Below are positions 16,782 through 30,890 of a stretch of 64,000 bases of DNA, in pieces; the stretch's first letter is position 1, and every line of letters starts with the position of its first letter. Source of the DNA: the human T2T-CHM13v2.0 reference genome, Homo sapiens; the NCBI RefSeq assembly GCF_009914755.1, contig NC_060927.1. One strand, given 5' to 3'. The notes under the pieces are model-generated. The model had not been told where the DNA came from and made no database searches. It saw only the letters and a list, made by a program, of their open reading frames with translations. The translations under genes and the position numbers were made by a program.

Positions 16782-18781
16782 TCAGGTGTTGGGCAGTGCT
16801 CGGTCAGTGGTGGCCATGGCTGCGCAGGAGGAGGCAGAGCTCAGTCTTTGGTGGGTCACGCCTCTGTGGTTCTGCTTGGCTGGTTTTCTGTAGTGCTATA
16901 CCTGCATATACAGCTACAGCTGTCTTGAGAGCTGACTCCGTCTACTTTTTTTTCTCTGAAAAATGAAGTTACTGAAAGCAAAGTGTGTTTCTTGAGTGTG
17001 TTTTTATCCTTGACAAGTGTTAAGGATACGGAGTACATACAAAATAACAAACTGAGAGCTGCTATTACTGTCTATTTTAAGCCTCGGTAAGCTGCTTGAA
17101 CTCCTAGAAAAGAGAAGGAAGAGACAGGGGGTTGGGGGAGGGGGGCATGATACAACCAGGTGCAACCTGGGGTCAACTAAAGAAGACACAAGGAGAATAG
17201 GCATGACTTTTAGGGCGAACTTCAGAGAGAAGAGAAAGGCTGCTCTCAACCTCTTTGAAGGAAAATTTATGCAAGACTCCCAACTTGCTCACAATCTGCA
17301 TAAAGGCAGCAAACGAATTGAGTAAATTACCTTTGTCCTCACTCAAGGGATATCTAATAATAATCCCAAGCTTTATTCTTTGGTAGGGCAATACACACAG
17401 CCAAAACTGCCCCAGTTGTTAAAAATGATTAAGTATTTCTGTATTCCTTGGAAAAGAACTGCTATCTGAACCACCGGAATGCTACCAGCTATCCCATTTG
17501 CCCCAGCTCCTCAACTGGGACTCCCCAGACCTCTGCCCACTCCCGCCAGGGTGAATGCCTGGCCCCGAAGGTCACTGCTGCAGCTCTAGAATGTTCATTC
17601 TGACTGATTGGTGCCTGGACTACACTGATTGTGAAAGTATCCTATCTGTTCTCAGGCAATGGTCGTAAGCGACACTGCTGACTAAGCCAGAGAGTTATTA
17701 AAGTAACTTAGTGCAGGATGGCAAGGAAGTTGGGTAGAGATGGAAGAAGAGACTAGCTCAAGGTTGCCTGGGGATGGGGAGTGAGGGGCTGTTAGTGCTG
17801 AAGCCTCCTGGACTCACTACATGAAGAAGGATCCTCCTTGGTCCTGAATGGCATGGCAATACCCATTTACTGCCTCTAGGAGAAGCTGGGAGGAACAGAT
17901 CACAGCTAAGAAGCAACAGGAACCCCAGAGGGGAAAAGTCTTACGTAAATATGCAAGAGGATTAAAAACAGAAAAAGAGAATATTAATCCAAACCACAAG
18001 TGTATTTTCAGACTGCCAAGGTCCTGAACTCCTGCGTCTTACGCACCTCAGTGTGAATGGTGCTTTTACCAAAGTAAGAGAGAATTTAACTCAACTGAGG
18101 GACTTATAAGGGAGGTTAAGGGAAAAGTTCCAGATGGGGTAGTATAAAAATGCAGAAAGAGCAAATAATTCCTTTAAAGAGTAAATGCCACCAAAGGCCC
18201 CAATTTAGCAAATGCCTGTGTATCCTCGGAACTCACTGCACTTACAAAATATCCCTTCGGGGCATGGCATGAAATTTGACCATGCAATAAGATTTCCTTC
18301 ATTTGGCATATGTTTATTGTGTTTACATATTTGGTCTCAGAGCCAAAAATACGCACAGATAGGTCCCAGGCCAAACTTGTAAGCAAATGAAAATTTTTTG
18401 TGACTACTTCTTCCATCTTCCTTTCACCTCCCTTTGCCCTCCAGTGGTCAATCTAACCCCCTCTGAGGGATGAGTGCTTTTGGCTCAAGTGGTAATTCCT
18501 TTTGGAGAGGAATTATGAAGGACACATTCCATTCAGGACCTGGAGGAGTGAATCTCTGTGAGTAGGCTTATCACGAGGGGTGGGAGAAGGCCTTTTGGGG
18601 GCCAGTTCACAGTAATTCACTTTTTTCTGGGCTTGGAAGGAAGAGTTCCTCAAACAGTAGACACTTTGCATTTCAGGTGCATGGTTGCAATTGTCCATGC
18701 AGCCAGGGAGGTCTCTGTTTCTAATAGTCAAGCTCCAGCACAAAGGACTGGATAGAAGTGATTGAGCTGAGGAATGTCTTA

Positions 18782-19261
<480 letters not shown>

Positions 19262-20654
19262 TTACTGCACTGGGGGTGGGCCACTTCTACCACCAGCCCT
19301 GCCTGCAACCTGCCCAGCACAGAAGTACCTCAGAGGTTTCTCAGCCCACACAGTTTTCCCTGGGAGCTAAAGTCTGAGAAGTCATCTCAGTACAAACTGA
19401 CAATGGCAAGGTTAGGAACAAAGGCAGAGGTGAGGTGAGGAACTTGGGTCTGTATGTACTATGAGGACGCCTTTCTGCCAGGCGAAAGAGAAGCAGACTG
19501 CGGTTCCTGGCAGGGCAGCCACACTCTCCCAGCACCCTCCTGCTCAGTCTCTGGTGACTGAAGCATCACAGGAGGCCTCGCCTGTGTCCTCCAGTTGCTA
19601 GGGTGATTTAAAAATAGCTTCTGCAGCTGGGGAAGGGGGCAGGGGAAGAATGAAGATAAGTGGCCTTTTGCAGGAAAACCAAAGTCAGTGAATCCTCAAA
19701 GGCAATGACCCTCCCTTGCAGGAAGGTGTCCTGTGTTTACTGTGCTTCTTACCTGAAAGACAATCTTTTTGTCCTGGGTCTGCTGTGGACTCTTTCTGGT
19801 AAGGACCCGGCTGCCTCTGGAGAAGGCCCTGTTCACTCTGTGGACCTGCAGCCAGGAGGACACCGGCAGTCTCTACACAGAAACAAACAGTCGGTGTTCA
19901 GGATCAGGTTCAGAATGATTGTTCTGCCAATATCAAGATGAGGCTTTGCAAAGCACGCCTGTCGACAGGAGTTCTATTGGGAGAGGCCGTGTGCAAGGGA
20001 AGAGTGGCACAGGGCCAGCAACATCCTCTTCAACTTTTTGCATTAGGAATTCCCATTTTTTAGTGTCAGTGTCAATGGGTTGGTGTGCTGTGTTGGGTAA
20101 TGGCAGCCAGAGTCCCAGCCACGTCACCCTAACTTTAGGCTATTTTCTCGGTTCAGTGTGAGTGTTTCAGGCCAAGTATCCCAGTGAGGGGACCAACCGA
20201 TTTTTGAAAATTACTTAGTGAGTATCCCAGGAAGGTGTTGTGGTTTAAATCTGTGTCCATCTCTCCTCTCTCCACTTAAGAGACTCTACCTCACTATTAC
20301 CAGGCTTTGGGAGATAGCAAAAGCAGTTATTTTATTTATTTTTTTTTTCAGGAAAAGATTCAGGACTCTGGCATTAAATTTTATGAGAAACTTCCTAGTT
20401 AAGCAGTCTTTGATCCCCTCAAAGGAACCACCAAAATAAAGTCTGATATTCAATGTTTTGGGATGTTGTAAAGCTATAAAAAAAGAATAATAATTAAAAT
20501 GTATAAAAATACTCACAATAAAGTAGAAAACAGTTTACCAAACAGTATAAATAAAATCTTAATGTTTAAAATTATAAAGTATATGTATATAAATATTACA
20601 TCTTGCCACATGTTACATGTATATAATTGTATATGTACATCCAATATAAATATG

Positions 20655-20960
20655 GACCAAGTGTGCTGGCTCACACTGTAATCTCAGCACTTTGGGAGGC
20701 CGAGGCAAGAGGATCACCTGAGGTCAGGAGTTTGAGACCAGCCTGGCCAACATGGTGAAACCTCGTCTCTACTAAAAATAAAAAAATTAGCCAGGCATGG
20801 TGGTGGGTGCCTGTAATCCCCAGCTACTCAGGAGCCTGAGGCAGGAGAATTGCTTGGACCAGGAGGCAGAGGTTGCAGTGAGCAGAGATTGTGCCGTGGA
20901 CTTCAGCCTGGACGACAAGAGTGAGACTCCATCTCAAAAAATAAAAATAAATAAATAAAT
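20655..20960 (+). mobile_element. AluS
   Basis: Full dimer, (AAAT)n tail, TSD aaatatg. Confidence 0.93.
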
Positions 20961-21377
20961 ATGATACCAGATTGTTTCTGGATTGTTCAATTATAGTTAT
21001 TTTTCCTTCTATATGCTTTTATTTATATTTCAGATTTTTCTACATGGAGTATTTCATTACTTTACAACTTCCTAATGCAATTTAAAAAATATATCCACAT
21101 TACGAAGCTGAAAGTTGTTCTTCTCTTAGGCATGGCCAAACAAAGGCAGACTAGTGGTCTGGTGGCAGAAGTGGCCTTTTCTTGCCTTCAGAAACTCCCA
21201 GGGGATGGAAAGTAAAGACAAGTCTCCTTGGAGGTAGAGGGAGACCTCCCTAGCTCTTAAATCACTGTTGAATGCTAATTTGCTCAAAAACCTGGAGGGA
21301 GCTATTCAGACCCTTTATAACCCCCTCTCTGGACTGGTCTCATTTTGTCATGAATCAAAATGTTATCCTCACATTTA

Positions 21378-21465
21378 ACCCAACCCCGCCCCCCAACCCC
21401 ACCGACCCCCCCCACCCCACCGACCCCCCCAACCCACCGACACCCCCAACCCCACTGTCCCCGAC
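21378..21465. repeat. C-rich minisatellite (~ccccaccgaccccccca unit)
   Basis: Read directly; 3 accgac cores within C runs. Confidence 0.85.
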
Positions 21466-21929
21466 AGGGCTGTAAAACATTTCTAGTGGGCTCAGGGGCA
21501 AACAAGGTTCTCAGGCCCAGGGCACCCACCTAGAAACAGCCTAGGCACAAAAGCTGCATTCCAGGAGCCTGAGGCGTGGCCTCACTAGCATGTGGCAAGA
21601 AAGAGGGTGGCCAGTTAAATGCCTTTACTGCCTCACTTGTTTTCCAAATATATATGGTGGCTCTCAGCAGGCTGACAAAAACCTCGCCTTGAGCAGGGCC
21701 TTAATTACCTTTTTTACTGCCTCTGGACTTCAGTTTCCACTTTTGTAAAATGAGAAACTTAAACTTAAAAGTTAAACTTGAACTCTAAGTTTCCTCCTGG
21801 CTCTGGGAGTTGTTTGGAGGTAAACAGTTGCTCTTCAATTTTATGGATGTTCCAAAACCCAATTTGCCCCCTGAAATCTTTGGAGTAGTGTGAACTACAA
21901 GTCTAGGATCCAGGTGCATGCCGGAAGCC

Positions 21930-22630
<701 letters not shown>

Positions 22631-23411
22631 ATTTCTTGGGAACAGAGGTCACCTTTGTATCTTCCACAAAGCTTTGCTCGGTAAGAATGCATAAAGGTAC
22701 TCAATTTATACTGTTCCTAGCCACCCAAAATGAAGGGTTTGGTAGACAAAGTGAATCAATCCTTGTGTTCAGAGTTTTACAGTGTTTTTAGGTGAATCGC
22801 TTTCCTTCCCCACGAAGGCAAAGGATTTGCTCCTGAGTAAGCCCCTGGCTCCTGCAGGTCCTCCTCTCGGGCAGCCTTAATTCTGGCCCTGGTATTTCCT
22901 TGGAGTGTGCCTAGGGAGGTTTGGCTTAAGTTTGGCTTCTCACTTAGGAGAGGACTTGCCACATACCTCCATGGAGACAGAAAAGGGACTCCGGGCTCCC
23001 CTCGTATATCACTTTTGACACTCACTTTAAAACACAAGAGCATATTTTTCATTTGCCAGCCATCCAAAGACGGAATCCTCATCCTGTTTATTGACACTGG
23101 GGATTTGGATAAGCTGCTAGTAATACAGAGATGGCAGTTTCTAGAGATATGCTGAGGAATAAGAAACTGGTTTCTACTTCTCTCCTTATCTCTGCTCTCA
23201 GCAGTACCTATTTTATTGTTGAGACTTCTGTGACCTTAATATGTCTATTCCCCTAATGATTTTATTTTTGGTCAAAGTGAAAACATGCTGTAGAGTAAAA
23301 TAGGTGGTTCAAATGGTAAGTGAAGAGCAGTCAATTAGCTTAAACAACTTGAGGAAGATAATATACATATTTTATTTTAAAATAAAGTAGCCATATAACT
23401 TATTAATTTAT

Positions 23412-23534
23412 GTTTTTTGAGGCAGGATCTCACTATGTTGCCCAGGCTTGTCTCAGACTCCTGGCCTCAAATGATCCTCCCACCACAGTCTCCTGAATAG
23501 CTGCGGTTATAGGCATGAGGCACCACACCGAGCA
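23412..23534 (-). mobile_element. FLAM monomer
   Basis: tctcactatgttgcccaggct...ctcaaatgatcctcccacc. Confidence 0.85.
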
Positions 23535-23829
23535 GCAAAAGCTGTTGTAGTGGGGAAAAAGGTGGCAGGCTGTGAGCAGAAATTTCCAAGTGACTACAGG
23601 AAGTCCCTAAATTTTATTGTTGTACATTTATCTGTTCATTTGAAGCTTTGTAAAAATTGTCTCTATCTTGGCTCTCACATTTTTTGTGCCCTCATTTTGA
23701 ACTCTCTGTCCCTAAGTAATATCAAACAGGTTTAAGCAGTCAAAGTATCTGAGATGCTGGTACTTGGCAGTATCTTAAACAGAAGGAGGCAGCAGGTTGG
23801 AGAGAAGGAGGAGCTCTCCTGAAAACTGT

Positions 23830-24478
23830 AATCACAATTATGTGAGCACCTACTATGTGCTAGACCCTATTCAAAGGCAGAGGAAACTGACCCATGGGAT
23901 GGATACGCTGTAAAGAATTCCAACACCAGCCCTGCAAGGTAAGTTAATAGTTATGCTAACTGCTGTAACAAATCCAAAGTCTCAGTGACTTCACAAAACT
24001 TAATTCTAGTTCATGTCACAGTCCACTGAGTCAAGCAGCTCTCCCGAGCAGCTGTCTTCCAGGCAGTAGCCCAGAGATCCAGGCTCCTTCTATCACGTGG
24101 CTCTGCCATCTCAGAAGCTTTCACTTCCAGCCATGGCCTCGGGGAGAGAAAGAACATGATTAGTCAAACTGGGGTTTTATGACCAAGTCTGAAATTGGTA
24201 TTTGTCACATCACTTGATTACATTAGCCGGAATTAATCATATGGCCCCAAACTAACTGTAAGAGAGACTGGGAAATGTGGCTTTCCTTGATGCCAGGAAG
24301 AGATCAGTGAGCCTCTGGCCAGAATCTGCCAGTATTGCTGTAGTCACTCCTTTACTGATAAAGAAATGGAGGCTCAGAAGACAGCAACTTACCCAAGGGT
24401 CAAGCAGCTGAAGTGGCAGCATTGGGACTCAGCTTAGGTATGCTTGGCCCTAAAGCCCATGTTCTTTCCATTATACAT
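23830..24478 (-). mobile_element. MIR split by an MLT1 LTR (~23940-24330)
   Basis: MIR halves (gagcacctactatgtgctag; gaaatggaggctcagaag...acttacccaaggg) flank MLT1 motifs (ctgctgtaacaaa...cagagatccaggctccttc...gggaaatgtggc). Confidence 0.65.
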
Positions 24479-24699
24479 CTACCTCTGCAATCAGCTCATA
24501 GGCATCCCCCATAAGCCACACAGAAGGGAAGAACATGTCAGCCTAAGCTCACTGCCCAAGCCTTTGTCTGCATACTTCTTCTGATTTATAACTGACGGAC
24601 TGTAGTTCAGATCTGACCATCTGAGCAAGCCCCATTGAGGCTGGGACACTCTACCAAAGAACCAGACTCCCCTCCTCCTGTGGGGTTTCTCTCATTTAT

Positions 24700-25615
24700 G
24701 CAGGTTTTCTTTAATGTCTCCCAATAGTGTTTTGTGGCTTTCTGGGTATGGATCCTGCACATCTTTCGTCAAATCTACTCCTAAGTGCTTCAAATATTTT
24801 GAGACATTGTAAACAGTATTTTTAAATTTTAATTTCTATAATATAGAAATAAAGTAGATTTGTGTATATTAATTGTGTATTGTGCAACACTGTTAAACTC
24901 ATGTATTAGTTATAGCAGCTGTTTGTAGATTGCATTCTTTCTACATGAATGATCATGTCGCCTGCAAATAAGAACAGTTTTATTTCTCCTTTTCCAATAT
25001 GGATAACCTTATTTCTCTGTCTTGCCTGATGGCCCCAGATAAAACCTCCCATATGTTGTTGAATAGGGATGGGGAGAGCCAACATCCTTGTTTTGTTCCT
25101 GGTACTAGGGAAAAAGCATTTAATACGATGTTAGTTTTAGGTATTTTGTACACAGCCTCTATCAGGTGGAGGGAGTTCCTTTCTATTCCTAGTTTTCTAA
25201 GAGGTTTTTTTTTTAAAATCAGGAATGTGTTTAGATTTTGTCAAATGGCTTTTCTGCATCCATTGAGATGATCACACGTCGCTGTTGTTGTAATCTGTTA
25301 CTATGGCAAATTACATTGTTGATTCTTGAGTGTTCAACCAACCCAGTACTATTCAACTTGCGTAAATCCCACTTGGTCATAATGTATTGTCCTTTTTATA
25401 TATTGTTGGTTATTTGGTAAAATTTTGTTTCAAATTGTTGCATCAATTTTCATGAAGGATATTGGTCTATAGTTTTCTTACAGTGTCTTTGTCTAGTTTT
25501 GGTTTCAGGGCGATGCTGGCTTTAATGAGAATGAGTGGGGGACTATTTTCCTCTCCACAATATTGTAGAAGAATTAATGTAGAATTGGCATTATTTCTAC
25601 ATTAAATGTTTAGTA
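24700..25615 (-). mobile_element. L1M ORF2 remnant
   Basis: gttcctttctattcctagtttt; ggcttttctgcatccattgagatgatcac; aggatattggtctatagttttc. Confidence 0.85.
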
Positions 25616-26537
25616 CAGTCCTATCTTGAATGCTCTTCTATATATTCTGTGGGCTCTGAAACTTGGGGCAACACACGCCTGCTGGGGTTTTGCCTGTCTT
25701 TCTCTTTGAAGGCAGAATACTGTTTCCATCCTTCAGCCCTGGAAGGATAAAGGAAATGTGGAAATGGTTAAAGATGAGGGACAGGAGTGGGGGCATGATA
25801 TCTCAATGCATCCTTTAAAAACAAAAGGTGAAATTCATGTAACATACAATTAACCGTTTTAAAGTGTTTCATTCAGTGGCATTTATTACATTCACAATGC
25901 TATACAACCACTACCACTAGCTAGTTGTAAACATTTTCATTATCCCAGAAGAAAATCTCATACTCGCTACGCAGCCACTCCCTATTCTCTCCTCCCGCTA
26001 GCTCCTGGCAACTCCTAATCTGCTTTCTGACTCTGTGGCTTTACCCATTCTGGATATTTCGTATCACTGGAATCACACAATATGTGACCTTTTGTGTCTG
26101 GCTTTTTTCACTTAGCATGATATTTTAAAATTTCACATATAGTGTAGCATGTATCAGTACTTCATTCCTTTCTATGGCTGAGTAATAATCCATGGTACTT
26201 AGATACCACGTTTTGCTTGTTCATTCATCACTTGATGAACATTTGCATTGTGTCCACCTTTTGGCTATCAAGAAGGGTGCTGCTATGAACACTCATGTGT
26301 AAGTATGTGTTTCAGCACCTGTTTGCAGCTCTTTGGGGTACACATCTAGGAGTGGAATTGCTGGATTGCATGGCAATTCTGTTTAGCTTTTTGAGGAATC
26401 ACCAAATTGTCTTCCACAGTGGATGCACCATTTGATATTCCCATCAGTAATGTGTGAGGGTTCCAATTTCTCCATATTCTTGCCAACACATTTTTTAAAT
26501 TAGAAATTTTTTTATTGTGACTATCCTAGTGGGTGTT

Positions 26538-27986
26538 TTTTTGTTGTTGTTTTTTGTTTTTTTTTTTAGGATAATAAGTCCTTTATTCTTTTCTTTTTCT
26601 TTCTTTTTTTTAAAATTTTTTTAGTATTTATTGATCATTCTTGGGTGTTTCTCGGAGAGGGGGATTTGGCAGGGTCATAGGACAATAGTGGAGGGAAGGT
26701 CAGCAGATAAACATGTGAACAAACGTCTCTGGTTTTCCTAGGCAGAGGACCCTGCCGCCTTCCGCAGTGTTTGTGTCCCTGGGTACTTGAGATTAGGGAG
26801 TGGTGCCTTCAAGCATCTGTTTAACAAAGCACATCTTGCACCACTCTTAATCCATTTAACCCTTAGTGGACACAGCACATGTTTCAGAGAGCACGGGGTT
26901 GGGGGTAAGGTTATAGATTAACAGCATCCCAAGGCAGAAGAATTTTTCTTAGTACAGAACAAAATGGAGTCTCCTATGTCTACTTCTTTCTACACAGACA
27001 CAGTAACAATCTGATCTCTCCTTCTTTTCCCCACATTTCCCCCTTTTCTATTCGACAAAACCGCCATCGTCATCATGGCCCGTTCTCAATGAGCTGTTGG
27101 GTACACATCACAGACGGGGTGGCGGTGGGGCAGAGGCGCCCCCCACCTCCCAGACGGGGCGGCCGCCGGGCGGGGGCTGCCCCCTACCTCCCGGATGGGG
27201 CGGTTGCCGGGCGGAGGGGCTCCTCACTTCTCAGACGGGGCAGCCGGTCAGAGATGCTCCTCACCTCCCAGACGGGGTGGCGGCGGGGCAGAGACACTCC
27301 TCAGTTCCCAGACGGGGTTGCGGCCGGGCAGAGGCGCTCCTCACATCTCAGAAGGGGCAGCGGGGCAGAGGCGCTCCCCACATCCCAGACGATGGGCAGC
27401 CAGGCAGAGACGATCCTCACTTCCTAGACGGGATGGCGGCCGGGAAGAGGCGCTCCTCACTTCCCAGACTGGGCCGCCAGGCAGAGGGGCTCCTCACATC
27501 CCAGACGATGGGCGGCCAGGCAGAGACGCTCCTCACTTCCTAGACGGGCCGGCAGCCGGGCAGAGTCTGCAATCTCGGCACTTTGGGAGGCCAAGGCAGG
27601 CGGCTGGGAGGTGGAGGTTGTAGCGAGCTGAGATCACGCCACTGCACTCCAGCCTGGGCAGCATTGAGCACTGAGTGAGCAAGACTCCGTCTGCCATTCC
27701 AGCACCTCGGGAGGCCGAGGCGAGCAGATCACTCGAGGTCAGGAGCTGGAGACCAGCCCGGCCAACACGGCGAAACCCCGTCTCCACCAAAAAAATATGA
27801 AAACCAGTCAGGCGTGGCGGCGCGCGCCTGCAATCCCAGGCACTCGGCAGGCTGAGGCAGGAGAATCAGGCAGGGAGGTTGCAGTGAGTGGAGATGGCAG
27901 CAGTCCAGTCCAGCCTCTGCTGGGCATCAGAGGGAGACGGTGCAAAGAGGGAGAGGGAGGGGGAGGGGGAGAGGGAGAGGCAGAGG
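26538..27986 (-). mobile_element. Full-length SVA retrotransposon (old, SVA_A/B-like)
   Basis: Minus-strand order: (CCCTCT)n 27946-27986, Alu-like ~27575-27945, VNTR ~27110-27570, SINE-R ~26623-27105, poly(A); TSD cctagtgggtgtt at 26525-26537 and 27987-27999. Confidence 0.97.
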
Positions 27987-28289
27987 CCTAGTGGGTGTTA
28001 AGTGGTATCTCATTGTGGTTTTGATTTGCATTTCCCTATGGATTAATGATGTTGAGCATCTTTTCATGTGCATGTTGGCCATTGGTATATCTTCTTGGAG
28101 GAAATGTCAATTTAAGTCATTTTCCCATTTTCAAAACCGGATTTTTAAAAATCTTTTTGCTGTTGACTTTTATGCATTCCTTGTATATTCTAGATATTAG
28201 GCCCTTATCAGATATATAATTTGCAAGTATTTTCTCCCATTCTATAGGTTGACTTTTCACTTTCATTTTTAACTTTCAGCATGACTTTA

Positions 28290-28866
<577 letters not shown>

Positions 28867-29229
28867 TCAATTTATCTATGCTTTTTATTGTTGTTGCTCA
28901 CACTTTGGATGGCATATCTAATAATCCATTGCCAAATCCAAGGTGATGAAGATTGGCCCATGTTTTCTTCTAAGAACTTTACAGTTTGAACTCTTACATT
29001 TAGTTTGTTAATCCATTTGGAGTTTTGTATACGGTATGAGGTGGGGGTGTCCAATTTTATTCCTTTGCATGTGTCTCAGCACTTAATGCATATTTTTATA
29101 TCATTTTGCTTTTTGTTTAAACTATAGGAATATATTAACTATCAAAATTTAAAAATATATTTTTAAATGGGAAAAAAATAATCTTTGTTAAAAGAGGAGC
29201 AAATTGATAGTGAGGCTAAGATGATGATC

Positions 29230-29440
29230 TGTAGAGCAGGACTGCCTGGACTGGAAGCTTGGCTTCTCCACAAGCAAGCTGATTGATCTTGGGCATGTTA
29301 TTTAATCTTTCTGTGCCTCAGTTTACTCACATATGAAATTAAATAACAATAGTGCATACTTCACAAAGTTATTATGGGAATTAAGTGAATTAACACATTT
29401 AAAGTATATAGTTGTTAGTAAGCCCTATACAAATGTTTTT
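29230..29440 (+). mobile_element. MIR
   Basis: atcttgggcatgttatttaatctttctgtgcctcagttt MIR core. Confidence 0.8.
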
Positions 29441-29563
29441 TAAATAATTAAATAAATAAATTTTGAAATTTCAGATACTCCAACCATTGTGTCCATTGCT
29501 TAGGCACCAAGTTTTCTGGAGAAGCAGGGCCTGAGTGTAAGGAACCAGAAGAAAAAGTACTGA

Positions 29564-29908
<345 letters not shown>

Positions 29909-30890
29909 TGAAAAACCCAGTCTTCTATCCCAATTCCCTGACACAGAGATGCCATTGGTCCTCGCAAGAAGGGCTTCCACCCTGGGCCTGTGCTTTAGTG
30001 GGCTCCACGTAAACACAAACACACAACAAAACATATTTACAAAGAAACACATGGCTGCCTCTGTTACTGGCGCAGTGTAACCCATAACCTTAACATCCAC
30101 CGCACAACTCACGTAGGGAAGCGTGTCTTCACAACCCTTGCCCTATGTTCTTGAAACAAAGGACACAGTGTTCAGATGATGGGACAAAAGGACACCGTGT
30201 TCAGATGATGGGAAGGTGTGTGGGCTGTGCTGCTGCTACCACTGAGTCTTATCAAAAGATATGTGGGGAACATTTTTAATGACAGAAGTGCCCATATAAG
30301 AGAAAAGACACGTTGATTAACTTGTGAAATCTCTCTGTTTCAGCATTTTGTATAATGAAGTATCGATTTCCAGTAGTGCTAAATATCCATTTTCTTTCTT
30401 CTTTTTGTGTGCCAATTCATGGTTTCAAAGATTCTCACAAATTAGTGCACTATTCAAAACAATTGCACAAGATGCCTGGGGAACATTTTGCAATATTAAA
30501 CATTTCACATCACTTTTAAATGTGTGTGTGTATTTATGGAAGTTTGATAATGATTCTTTACATTGGCAACTAGATGGACATTGAACATGAAAATTGCAAA
30601 TAGTTTTAATTGTATAAAAATTAATAATATTTAATTAAAACTTAAAAATTAAATAAAAGGTTTTTCAGCTTTATTTAAATATTTTATTAAAACACTGGTA
30701 TTCATTCACTATCATTTAGATTGTATCACTAAACAATCATTTTGAAAATTTTAGAAAAACTTATGGAAAATATATATAAAAATAATTTTAGTTTTTTATC
30801 TTTCATATTTACCGCAATTATATTTTTATTAAGTATACTCAATTTGGTATAATTTCAATGCAATTATATCTTAATTTTTAATACTTTAGA

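Noticed and set aside
19748-19757. Consensus splice donors (CAGGTAAG here on the minus strand, also at ~33831 and ~59652 on the plus strand)
   Set aside because: No paired acceptor or ORF to define an exon; expected by chance, although lncRNA exons cannot be excluded without transcript data
27110-27570. Regularly spaced repeats superficially like a CRISPR array
   Set aside because: SVA VNTR units with no unique spacers, in eukaryotic DNA with no cas genes
27089-27991. GC-rich ORFs and an apparent CpG island
   Set aside because: These are the SVA VNTR and Alu-like domain, not a gene promoter or CDS
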